This document shows, piece by piece, positions 39,356 through 48,475 of a DNA stretch of 64,000 bases. The stretch comes from Chlamydiota bacterium (GTDB lineage Bacteria; Chlamydiota; Chlamydiia; Chlamydiales; RGXB01), in NCBI GenBank assembly GCA_947494155.1, contig CANLTW010000008.1, positions 1 through 64,000 of the forward strand, read 5' to 3'. The notes below the pieces were generated by a model that saw nothing but the letters and a program-made list of their open reading frames with translations, was not told the origin of the DNA and made no database searches. Every line of letters starts with the position of its first letter. Position 1 is the first letter of the stretch. The translations under genes and the position numbers were made by a program.

Positions 39356-41200
39356 ATGCAGCAAATCTATTTTAGGGCGCCGATGCTCTTTTTAGTTTTT
39401 TCGACCTTCACACGACTCGCTCTCACCTTGATGAATGCCTGGAATCACTCTGTAGACTGGCTGCAGATCCCCTCGATTCTTTTAGTAGGTTTTTTGTTTG
39501 ATCTAAGACCTATACTTCTCCTCACTTTGTTATGGGCTATTTGTATCCGTTTTACCCCAGAATTTCTTCAAAAAAAGGTGGCTAAAACCCCACTATTGGA
39601 GTGGCTAGGGTTTGTTATCACCCTTTTTGCCCTCTCCTTTCAGATGTTCGCAGAATGGATATTTTGGGGAGACATGGAGTGCCGCTTCAATTTCATCGCT
39701 ATCGATTATCTAATCTACACCCATGAAGTGGTCCACAATATCCTTCAATCCTATCCCATGAAGACGTATCTATCCATAATGGCAGCGATCGCCGGGATTG
39801 GGGCTTACTTTGCACAAAGACTTCCCAAATTTAGAAAACCGTTATCCATCAAATTCTTAGCTCAGATCGCCGCTTTCAGTTTTTTATCGTTTTTATTCCC
39901 TTTAACAAATTGGAGCAAAAATAACTTTGCACAAGAATTGAGCGAAAACGGAACCAGCAACCTTCTTTATGCTTTTTTCCACAATCAGCTTAATTATAAT
40001 CAATTTTATCAGACGATCCACCCTAACCTTGTTGCACAAAATATCGCCCCCTATTTTCCCCAAAATTTCTCTAAACCTGATCAAGATCCGATTGCAAGGA
40101 TGATCCCCTCCTTTTGCCCTAAAAAGGAGATGAACGTCGTCTTGATTACAGTAGAGAGTTTAAGTCAGGAATTTTTGGACAAAAAACCCACAACTTGGAC
40201 CCCATTTATTGCAAAACTCAAGAGGGATTCGATCTGTTTTGAGGATCACTACGCCACGGGGACAAGGACTGTAAGAGGGCTTGAAGCTCTTGCTTTGAGC
40301 GTACCCCCAACTCCCGGTAGTTCCATTTTAAGAAGACCCCACTATGGAAATCTCTATAATGTCTCCTCGGTACTTAAACCCGCCGGCTATGAGATGTTTT
40401 TTTGGTATGGAGGATATGGCTATTTTGACAACATGAATGCCTTTTTTGAGGCTAACGGGTTTACGGTGCGGGACCGTCTTCACATCCCTTCCGAAAAAAT
40501 TGAGCATGAGACTATTTGGGGTGTAAGTGACGAGCATCTTTTCGATGCTTTTTTAGAGGACATCCAATCACGAAAAAACCCCTCAAAGCCCTTCTTCAGT
40601 CTGATCATGACTACCTCAAATCACAGGCCTTATACTTTTCCCGATCACAGAATTGAGATGGCTCAAGGGACACGGGAGGCGGCTGTTCGTTACACTGACT
40701 GGGCTATTGAGCAGTTTTTCAAGAAAGCAAAAGAGACCCCCTGGTACCAAAACACTCTGTTTATCATAACTGCAGACCACTGCGCCTCAAGCGCTGGAAA
40801 AATGCAGCTAGACCCTACAAAATACCTTACACCCTGTATTTTTTATGCCCCGGGAAAATTCGAGCCAAAATCGATAACGACTCGCACGAGTCAAATGGAC
40901 GTGGTTCCCTCTATTTTGGGTCTTTTAGGGCTCAGCTATGAAAGCAGGTTTTACGGAATCGACCAAATCCACTCTCCCATCGATAGACCGGTCCCTATAG
41001 GAACCTACCAAAGACTCGGTTTTTATGGAAAAAATGAGATGATCATCCTCTCCCCCAAAAAAGGGGTAAAAGCCTATCAAAAAGTGTCTAACGACTTTGA
41101 AGAAATACCCTCTACAAAATCCTCTATTTTAGGTAATGCGATTGGTCTCTACCAAAGCGCATATGATCGCTACAGTAAAGGGGTGATGGACGAAAAATAA
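39356..41200 (+). CDS. LTA synthase/sulfatase-family membrane phosphoglycerol transferase-like protein
   Basis: Five TM N-domain, NVVLITVES, GTRTVRG, WGVSD, TTSNHRPY, ADH. Confidence 0.9.
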   Translation: MQQIYFRAPMLFLVFSTFTRLALTLMNAWNHSVDWLQIPSILLVGFLFDLRPILLLTLLWAICIRFTPEFLQKKVAKTPLLEWLGFVITLFALSFQMFAEWIFWGDMECRFNFIAIDYLIYTHEVVHNILQSYPMKTYLSIMAAIAGIGAYFAQRLPKFRKPLSIKFLAQIAAFSFLSFLFPLTNWSKNNFAQELSENGTSNLLYAFFHNQLNYNQFYQTIHPNLVAQNIAPYFPQNFSKPDQDPIARMIPSFCPKKEMNVVLITVESLSQEFLDKKPTTWTPFIAKLKRDSICFEDHYATGTRTVRGLEALALSVPPTPGSSILRRPHYGNLYNVSSVLKPAGYEMFFWYGGYGYFDNMNAFFEANGFTVRDRLHIPSEKIEHETIWGVSDEHLFDAFLEDIQSRKNPSKPFFSLIMTTSNHRPYTFPDHRIEMAQGTREAAVRYTDWAIEQFFKKAKETPWYQNTLFIITADHCASSAGKMQLDPTKYLTPCIFYAPGKFEPKSITTRTSQMDVVPSILGLLGLSYESRFYGIDQIHSPIDRPVPIGTYQRLGFYGKNEMIILSPKKGVKAYQKVSNDFEEIPSTKSSILGNAIGLYQSAYDRYSKGVMDEK

Positions 41201-41249
41201 GAAAAAGTCCTAGGGAAGGGCCATTTTTAAAGCTTTTTCATCATACCTT

Positions 41250-41272
41250 ATCTCCCCCGAAAAGGGGGAGAT
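41250..41272. terminator. GC-rich hairpin between convergent genes
   Basis: ATCTCCCCC-gaaaa-GGGGGAGAT perfect 9-bp stem. Confidence 0.6.
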
Positions 41273-41278
41273 GGTTAC

Positions 41279-42334
41279 TTAAAAAGGTCTTGAGAACTTC
41301 TTAAATAATCGTTTTTGTATCCAGTCAATATTCACAATATATTTTAGAACAATTCGTCTTAAAACTTGAGCAAATGCCCCTTTTTTTGTCATAAACCGAT
41401 AGATCGTATCGGTCCAAAATAAAAGGTTTTTTTCGTAGCGACGCCTTTTTTTTGCCCATTCTTTTATACCGTTTTTCTCAAGGGCTTTAACGAATAGATA
41501 GGCATCTTCCATGCCGCTGTTCATACCAGTACCCCCTACCGGAGAAGAGGTATGTGCTGCATCCCCCATGATCACACATTTCCCTTTAGAGTAGGTATTG
41601 GCGATCCGGCAATGCACGTGATAGCTTGCACTCCAATAGGTGCTCGTGATCCGGATATCTTTTGGTAAGTATTTTTCACAATCGGGTGAATTGGAAAAGA
41701 CTCTAAAGGTTTTAGGACCTATAGCCATCACGAATAAAAGAACCCCCTCCTCATGGAGTTGGATCAAACCCGTTTGCAGTTCGGTCAAAGGGTGATCAAA
41801 CTCTACGTCTTTTAGAGACCAGGTTTGCGGATAACTTTTTCCAGAAAATTCGAGTCCTAACATTTGACGCACTATACTATGCGTCCCATCCGCACCTACA
41901 ATCAAATCATATTTATCCTCTTCAATCAGACCATCCTGCCTTTTTAATCGGGCATTTCCGTACTCATCAACATAAACACACTCTATTCCCCGTTGGATCG
42001 AAAGGTTTCGTCCAAGAATCTCCTCGGTGATATTTTGACCGATAGCGCAAAGGAAACGGGGAAGTACAACCGAATGGAGTATTTTCCCCTGTTCCTCAAA
42101 TTCCAGTTTCTGGATGGCGATTCCCCTTTTCTTAAACTCCTCCATGAAACCCAATTCTTTAAGAATCACTTGTAAAGTGAAGGCATGAATCCCCACGGCT
42201 CTTGACTCTTGAGCAGCACACATGCTTTTATCGATATGGCGTACCCGGGTATAGCCCTCTTTTTTTAAAAGCTGGTGAAGCGTGAGCCCTACAGGGCCCG
42301 CCCCTACGATCAAGATCTTACTATTTTTATCCAT
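41279..42334 (-). CDS. FAD-dependent monooxygenase (aromatic hydroxylase family)
   Basis: GAGPVG, VGADGTHSIVR, GDAAHTSSPVGGTGMNSGMEDA. Confidence 0.9.
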   Translation of the reverse strand: MDKNSKILIVGAGPVGLTLHQLLKKEGYTRVRHIDKSMCAAQESRAVGIHAFTLQVILKELGFMEEFKKRGIAIQKLEFEEQGKILHSVVLPRFLCAIGQNITEEILGRNLSIQRGIECVYVDEYGNARLKRQDGLIEEDKYDLIVGADGTHSIVRQMLGLEFSGKSYPQTWSLKDVEFDHPLTELQTGLIQLHEEGVLLFVMAIGPKTFRVFSNSPDCEKYLPKDIRITSTYWSASYHVHCRIANTYSKGKCVIMGDAAHTSSPVGGTGMNSGMEDAYLFVKALEKNGIKEWAKKRRRYEKNLLFWTDTIYRFMTKKGAFAQVLRRIVLKYIVNIDWIQKRLFKKFSRPF

Positions 42335-42540
42335 ACATTCTACACTAATAAAAAAAAGAGATTTGTCAATTGCAACTTTTTAAGCCTCCTTAAACGAAAA
42401 AAAAACGGTATTGAAAATTCTATTTCTCATGCTTTTCAATCAAGGTTAGCTAATCAAAAAGTTTACCCAAATTCGACCTCAATTTTTTAATTCATTTTTT
42501 TATTGCCTAAAAAAATTTGTTTGTTTTATGTCTCGGTTTG

Positions 42541-43950
42541 ATGATTAAGCGTAACTGGTTCATTCTTATTTTGTTAGCAGGGTGCAAACCAGCTCCTGAG
42601 ATATCCCCCAGCAAGTATGCACCCGCGGGAAATGCTAGCTTTTGGATCAATTCGCAAGCGGATAACAAACACATCGATTCTGTCCCTTTTTTAGACCTGG
42701 CCTCCCTCGAAAAACAACCGGGCGTTTTAAATATTTTGGATCTTTTTTCCTTGGGTTTGAATAACAGCCCTCTTACTAAAAAGACATTTTATGAGGCTCA
42801 AGCTGCTGCAACAAATTACGGTCTTTCCAGGGCATCGCTGTACCCGAATATAAAATTCAACGTATCCTACCTCAGGCAGCTTCAAGGTTTCCAATTAAAC
42901 GCTGCGCTTTATCAGTACTACACCACAACATGGGGTCCGGAGATGATGATGGACTTCACCTTAATTGACCTTACAAGACAGCCCAACATCGAGTCTAGCT
43001 ACTTCGGTCTATTGACCAGCAATTTAAAGCATAACTCTGAAGTCCAAAATGTACTTAGACAGGTTGCCGACACCTATTACTCTTACCTCTACCAAAAAAA
43101 TCTATTGATCGCTTACAAAAGCGACCTTGCAGACGCACAAGCTACCTATACAGCAGCTATTGACCGTCTCTCTTTAGGGATTTCGGATATCACAAATGTC
43201 ATGCAAGCTAAAAGCTCTTACTTGCAAAAAAAAATTAATGTAGCCGCTCAAGAGGCTACAGTTAAAAACGCGTTAATCACGCTGAATACAAATTTAGGCA
43301 TACCTGCACAAACGTCTCTCGTAGTGGAGGATTTCCCCGATCCTAAAACAATTCAAACCAGCTTTATTCAACCCGATGTCCTTCTTTCGATCGCCCAGCA
43401 AATGAGACCCGATCTAAAGGCGATCAAGGCCACCATTTTACAAAAAAAAGCTGACCTAAAAAAAGCGTATGCAAAAAATTACCCTTTGCTAAGATTTAAT
43501 GGTCGTGCAGGTCAATTCTACTTTAACCAAAATACGACTGATGGCGGCAACTGGTTAGTTCAATTCAATCTTGATACGCCTATTTTTACAGGCTGGCAAA
43601 TCAAGAACGAATTTAGGCAACAAATGGCTTTGATAGAACAATCCGAAAGCACTCTAAATCTTTTACAGCTACAAGTGATGTCTGGAGTGATGACACAGTA
43701 TAACAACCTTGTTTTGGCTTACGATCAGCTTCAATTAAATCAGCAATACCTTGATGCAACAGAGATTGAATACAAAGGGACGTTTGAGGGTTACGTGGCT
43801 GGAACAAATGACATTTTGAATGTATTGAACTCCCAGGCAAAGTTAGCCGATGCAAGAGCCCAGCTTGTTCAGGTGGTAAGCAACTATTTTCAATCTAAAG
43901 CTAAATTGACCTTTGAAATAGGTCTTATAAATAAAAACGAGGCACCATGA
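42541..43950 (+). CDS. TolC-family outer membrane efflux lipoprotein
   Basis: Lipobox LLAGC, two OEP-type repeats (YP...; RPDL...YP...PIFTG); start placed at ATG 42541. Confidence 0.9.
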   Translation: MIKRNWFILILLAGCKPAPEISPSKYAPAGNASFWINSQADNKHIDSVPFLDLASLEKQPGVLNILDLFSLGLNNSPLTKKTFYEAQAAATNYGLSRASLYPNIKFNVSYLRQLQGFQLNAALYQYYTTTWGPEMMMDFTLIDLTRQPNIESSYFGLLTSNLKHNSEVQNVLRQVADTYYSYLYQKNLLIAYKSDLADAQATYTAAIDRLSLGISDITNVMQAKSSYLQKKINVAAQEATVKNALITLNTNLGIPAQTSLVVEDFPDPKTIQTSFIQPDVLLSIAQQMRPDLKAIKATILQKKADLKKAYAKNYPLLRFNGRAGQFYFNQNTTDGGNWLVQFNLDTPIFTGWQIKNEFRQQMALIEQSESTLNLLQLQVMSGVMTQYNNLVLAYDQLQLNQQYLDATEIEYKGTFEGYVAGTNDILNVLNSQAKLADARAQLVQVVSNYFQSKAKLTFEIGLINKNEAP

Positions 43951-45026
43951 AAACAAGGTATCTGATCCCTTTAATCTCTTTTTTTATTTTTAATGGATGT
44001 GCTAAAAAAGGGGGAGCTTACCGTCCGCCCGTACCAAAGGTAAGATTGGCTACCCTAGAAACGATGACTGTTCCAGAGATTATTCCGGGCATAGGTCATG
44101 TAAGAGCTTTTAATTCAGCCCAAATTTGTGCCCAGGTAACTGGCTATCTTGTTAAGATTTCCTACACTCAGGGCCAGCTGGTACAAAAAGGGGATCTTTT
44201 AATTACGATCGATCCCAGAATCTACCAGGCTGGTCTAAAGACTGCTCAAGGGAATCTTTTAGAATCCAAAGCCAATAAAGCCTTTGCCCAAAATAAAAAG
44301 GAGCGCTATGCGAGCCTTATTAAGGATCAATTCGTCTCAGAATTAGATTTTTTTCAGTACGTATGCAACGACAAAGAACAAGATGGATTTGTTTTGATGA
44401 AAGAGGGTGAGGTAGATAAAAGTCAGACAAATCTTGATTTTTGTTATATCAAAGCCCCGTTTTCAGGAAGATGCTCCAAACAGATTAAAGATACTGGAAA
44501 TCTGATTGCAAATCCTGGAGAAAATTTAATGACCTTAAATCAGGTCACTCCCATCTATATCGATTTTTCCGTACCCGAGTATGAATATTCACGAATTATG
44601 CGTAGACAGAAAGAGCATGACCTTGAGGTGAGGGTAAACGTCCCTGGTTCCACCGGTACCGCTATCTCCAAATTGATTGTTGTAGACAACCAAATAGACC
44701 AAACAACCGGACAACTCCCTTTAAGAGCCCAGTATGAAAATACTGAAGAGATGCTTTGGCCGGGACAATTCGCAAGATGTGAACTCGTCTTGCAAGAGAT
44801 ACCCGATGCTTTAATGTGTCCGATTGCAGCTCTTGGTGTCGGCACTAAGGGGAAATTTGTCATAAAAGTCGATCCATCAAATCATGCTACTTACGTATGG
44901 GTAGAGACGGGTATGAGCAAAGAGGGTTTTATACAGCTCATTAGCCCCGACCTTGCTCCTGGTGACAGAATTGTCATCGATGGGCAAATCAACGTCGAGG
45001 ATGGCGCTACCGTACAACCAATCTAA
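43947..45026 (+). CDS. RND efflux periplasmic adaptor (MdtA-like)
   Basis: Lipobox FNGC, QVTGYL, IDPRIY, IKAPFSG, DNQIDQTTG, LWPGQF. Confidence 0.92.
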   Translation: MKTRYLIPLISFFIFNGCAKKGGAYRPPVPKVRLATLETMTVPEIIPGIGHVRAFNSAQICAQVTGYLVKISYTQGQLVQKGDLLITIDPRIYQAGLKTAQGNLLESKANKAFAQNKKERYASLIKDQFVSELDFFQYVCNDKEQDGFVLMKEGEVDKSQTNLDFCYIKAPFSGRCSKQIKDTGNLIANPGENLMTLNQVTPIYIDFSVPEYEYSRIMRRQKEHDLEVRVNVPGSTGTAISKLIVVDNQIDQTTGQLPLRAQYENTEEMLWPGQFARCELVLQEIPDALMCPIAALGVGTKGKFVIKVDPSNHATYVWVETGMSKEGFIQLISPDLAPGDRIVIDGQINVEDGATVQPI

Positions 45027-45481
45027 AAATCCCTTTTACCCCCTTTATCGTTCAAGAAGGCTTCATACTTTACTTCTGCTCTCCCTTTATTTAGTAGTAA
45101 AACCAAGATAAAGGGGGCTATGAAGCCCGAATAATTCTCTAGAAAATTTTAAAAAAAAGCTATTGCTGTGTTTTACTTTTGTACTCCAAGACTTCAACCC
45201 TCACCCTCCCCACCTTAAAGCGTTTTAAAAACTAAAACGTGAACGGGTGCTTTAGCACATTTTCCTTAAACTAGAGATGCATTTGAGCTACCCCATTTCA
45301 TTTTTGTTTTTTAGTTATATTTGAAAGCGTCCTATCAAATATAACTTAAAGGTTGCGATATAGAGATTGGTTTAATTTTTCTTTGTTTCGAGAGAATATA
45401 AAATGACCCCCCTCTCTCATTTTTTTTACAAAACAAGAAAGGTGTAGCGGTAAGTTTTTTGGTAACCAAGAAAAGAAAAGC

Positions 45482-48472
45482 TCAGCTTACACTAGGAGCT
45501 GATTTTTTGATTTCAGCTAAAAGGCTGTCTCTAAATATCCCTGGCTCGGACGCAAGCTCTTGATAGCTCCCTACCTGAGCGACTTTTCCTTTATCCATTA
45601 CATAAATGCGATCCGCATTTTTGATGGTGCTGAGCCTGTGGGCTATCACGATTCTCGTGATATTCAGCTCATCGATATTTTTCGATATGAGGTCTTGCGA
45701 CTCAGAATCCAAACAATTGGTCGCTTCATCCAAAATGAGCATACTCGGATTCGATATAAGAGCTCTGGCGATTAAAAGACGCTGAGCCTCCCCATTACTT
45801 AATGAGGAGCTTTCCGGTTGAACTACAGTGTGTAGACCCATACCCATTTTTTCTAGGTCTTTGTCGAAGTTAGACATTTTCACTGCACGGTCTATCTCTT
45901 CTTTTGTATAGATCCCGCCACAAACAATGTTACTGTACACAGTTCCTGAAAAAATAGAGCCATTTTGTAGCACAACACCCATTTTTTTTCTTAGTTCGCG
46001 CAGATTGAGGTTGCGAATATCTTTATTATCAAAATAAATAGTTCCCATCTCCGGAGTTTCAAAACCGAGTAAAATCCTCAAAAGTGTAGATTTGCCACAG
46101 CCTGTAGATCCAACAATTGCAATAAATTCCCCGGGTTGCACATCAATCGATACGTTTTCCAAAACCAAAGGGAGCTCTTTTGAGTATCTAAAAGAGATAT
46201 TATCTACATGGACTTCCCCTTGTAAATTATCGGGTTTGATTTTATCCTCCTCCGGCTCTATCTCCCCTTCTAGAATAACTTTTGCCCGCTCCCAAAGGGG
46301 AAAAATCGTTGCTATGTTAACCAAAGTTCCTACAAGCGAGGTGATGCCCGAAGAGAATGGGATATAAGCCGAAAAGAATCCCACAAGTTCCCCAATCGAA
46401 AAAATATAGTCGTTGCCGAAGGATTTACTAAAGAATAACCTGTCTGAGATGATGGAGAAAAAAATCAAGTAAGAGATGATATTTGTGATATAATTGATCA
46501 CCTGGACGATATTCGTTAAAAAAAACGACTGGTTGAAATAAAGGCGTTCTTCTGCAAAAAAGTTACACCAATAGTTAAATGCTTTGGTCTCAGCTCCCTG
46601 GCTCTTGATTTTTGCTATACCCGATAGCAACTGTATAATCACACCGTTGATAAAACCTTTGATCTTAAGAAGTTTTCTTAGAATCAGGATTTTATTATAA
46701 AGCACAATAGTATTTATTGTGGAGACGAGGAATACTATTAGAAAACCTATGCGTGCTAATTCCAAAGAAAAATGGCGCATAGCTACAAAATAAAAAACAG
46801 AAAAAATACCCGTTAAAAGAACATTTGAAACAGACTGTGTGCAAATATTTTGGATTTGATTCATCGATTGGGCTCTTTGGACCAAGTCTCCGGCACTAAA
46901 TTGTCTGAAAAAATTTACCGGTAGTTTTAAAAGCCGATCCCAAATAGCCGATTCGATTTTGAAAGAGAAAAGAATGGACAATCTCATGAAAGCTACTAAG
47001 TTTACGACCGAAAAGAACAGCTGGCTGAAAATCACCAGAAACATCCCGATGACCACTTCAAAAAACTCCCCCCGATGACCTAGCTGAATCACATTTAAAA
47101 ATAGGGTCTGATTCAAAAAAGGGAAGGCTATTCCTAAAAGCCCCCCAAGACAACCATAGATAAAAATCGATAAGAATGTCTTAAGATCGTATTTTGTGAA
47201 AAAAGTCAAAAATAGGGTCTTGAGATTGAGTTTCCCTTTCGGAAAAGGGAAATAGAGGGAATAGGCTTTTTTATCGAGTTGGTCATAAATTTTTTTGTCC
47301 AGCTTGGTCAGCTGCTGTGATATTGGGTCATGAACGTAGTAACTTATACCTCTAAAATTCAAAAGAGCGACAGGTTTATTATCTAATGTGAAAGCAAGTA
47401 TGGGTAGGCTATCGTATTTCCAAAAGCGATCCACTAAGTTTATTTCCCTTAATCTTACCCCATTTTTTTCACAAATTTCAAAAAGTCTCGGTAGCGGTTC
47501 TTTACGGACTAGAAGGTTTTTAGTAAAAGTAAAACCCATTTGCCGACCGATCCAAAAACAGGCTGTAAATATGGGATCGCTGTAATCGGTTAGGTCTTGG
47601 GACTGTTTGAGTGAAAGGATCGAAAACTTTTTCAAGGTCTCAGAAAGGACCCCCTTTTCCTCAAATATTTTTTGTTGGGATAAAATCTTTTCCTCTTTTT
47701 GTTTTTGAGGAAAATAAAAAAGAGTCGTTCTTTTAAAAGTGCGTTGTTGAATTAACCTCAGTGATTTCCAGATATCGGGATGAAACAACACTCTTTCTTT
47801 GGGAATTGTAGCCATTCTGGTTTTTTTGAGAGCGATAAGATTCCAGGAATCAAAGAAAGGGAATATCCCCAAAGACTCCTCCCACCCAGTAGAATTTTTT
47901 GAATCAATATCGACATTCCCCTCCAAAATCTCCATCCAGTGTTCGTGATCAATACACTCGCCAGTATTTTTTTTCTTGATAGTGAAATGTTCACCCTCTG
48001 CGATTTCCACAGGTTTTTCAAAATCGATGATTCTTGAAGAATTTTTATTGGATTCTTTTTGAGTAAAATTTTTTCGGGTTCCGGTAATGGTAGTATTGAT
48101 CCTGAGAAGAATTTCTAAATTTAGCTCAGGGTGTTTTTCTAGAACACCAATCAATTTTTCGCTTGTCAACTTGACCAGCTTCATAGAGGTAAAATTATAA
48201 AGAAAAAAACCTTTATGGGTTTTAGATTCTTGGTTGAATAAAAAATAGACGTCCCCTTGATTAAGAGAATGAATCATCTTCATGGGGGCTTCTGTGATTC
48301 CTATAACCTGTTGCTGGCAGAGCTGTTCTTGGACATAAACACCGCCAGACCCTTCGATCACAAACCAGATGCATTCCTCGCACGGAAAAAATGATTTGGT
48401 ATTTCTTGGGATGAATTTTTCCTCAAGTCCAAGCCCCTTTATTGTCTCAATAAATGCAAACGAATCTTCCAT
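45482..48472 (-). CDS. NHLP-type bacteriocin export ABC transporter, permease/ATPase subunit
   Basis: cNMP-binding-like N-terminal region, TM domain with AIWDRLLKLPVNFFRQFSAGDL, NBD GSTGCGKST / LSNGE / ILDEAT / IAHRLST. Confidence 0.9.
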   Translation of the reverse strand: MEDSFAFIETIKGLGLEEKFIPRNTKSFFPCEECIWFVIEGSGGVYVQEQLCQQQVIGITEAPMKMIHSLNQGDVYFLFNQESKTHKGFFLYNFTSMKLVKLTSEKLIGVLEKHPELNLEILLRINTTITGTRKNFTQKESNKNSSRIIDFEKPVEIAEGEHFTIKKKNTGECIDHEHWMEILEGNVDIDSKNSTGWEESLGIFPFFDSWNLIALKKTRMATIPKERVLFHPDIWKSLRLIQQRTFKRTTLFYFPQKQKEEKILSQQKIFEEKGVLSETLKKFSILSLKQSQDLTDYSDPIFTACFWIGRQMGFTFTKNLLVRKEPLPRLFEICEKNGVRLREINLVDRFWKYDSLPILAFTLDNKPVALLNFRGISYYVHDPISQQLTKLDKKIYDQLDKKAYSLYFPFPKGKLNLKTLFLTFFTKYDLKTFLSIFIYGCLGGLLGIAFPFLNQTLFLNVIQLGHRGEFFEVVIGMFLVIFSQLFFSVVNLVAFMRLSILFSFKIESAIWDRLLKLPVNFFRQFSAGDLVQRAQSMNQIQNICTQSVSNVLLTGIFSVFYFVAMRHFSLELARIGFLIVFLVSTINTIVLYNKILILRKLLKIKGFINGVIIQLLSGIAKIKSQGAETKAFNYWCNFFAEERLYFNQSFFLTNIVQVINYITNIISYLIFFSIISDRLFFSKSFGNDYIFSIGELVGFFSAYIPFSSGITSLVGTLVNIATIFPLWERAKVILEGEIEPEEDKIKPDNLQGEVHVDNISFRYSKELPLVLENVSIDVQPGEFIAIVGSTGCGKSTLLRILLGFETPEMGTIYFDNKDIRNLNLRELRKKMGVVLQNGSIFSGTVYSNIVCGGIYTKEEIDRAVKMSNFDKDLEKMGMGLHTVVQPESSSLSNGEAQRLLIARALISNPSMLILDEATNCLDSESQDLISKNIDELNITRIVIAHRLSTIKNADRIYVMDKGKVAQVGSYQELASEPGIFRDSLLAEIKKSAPSVS

Positions 48473-48475
48473 ATC

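Noticed and set aside
45346..45420. Small minus-strand ORF MREGGHFIF... after the ABC gene
   Set aside because: No RBS and no leader before the GG
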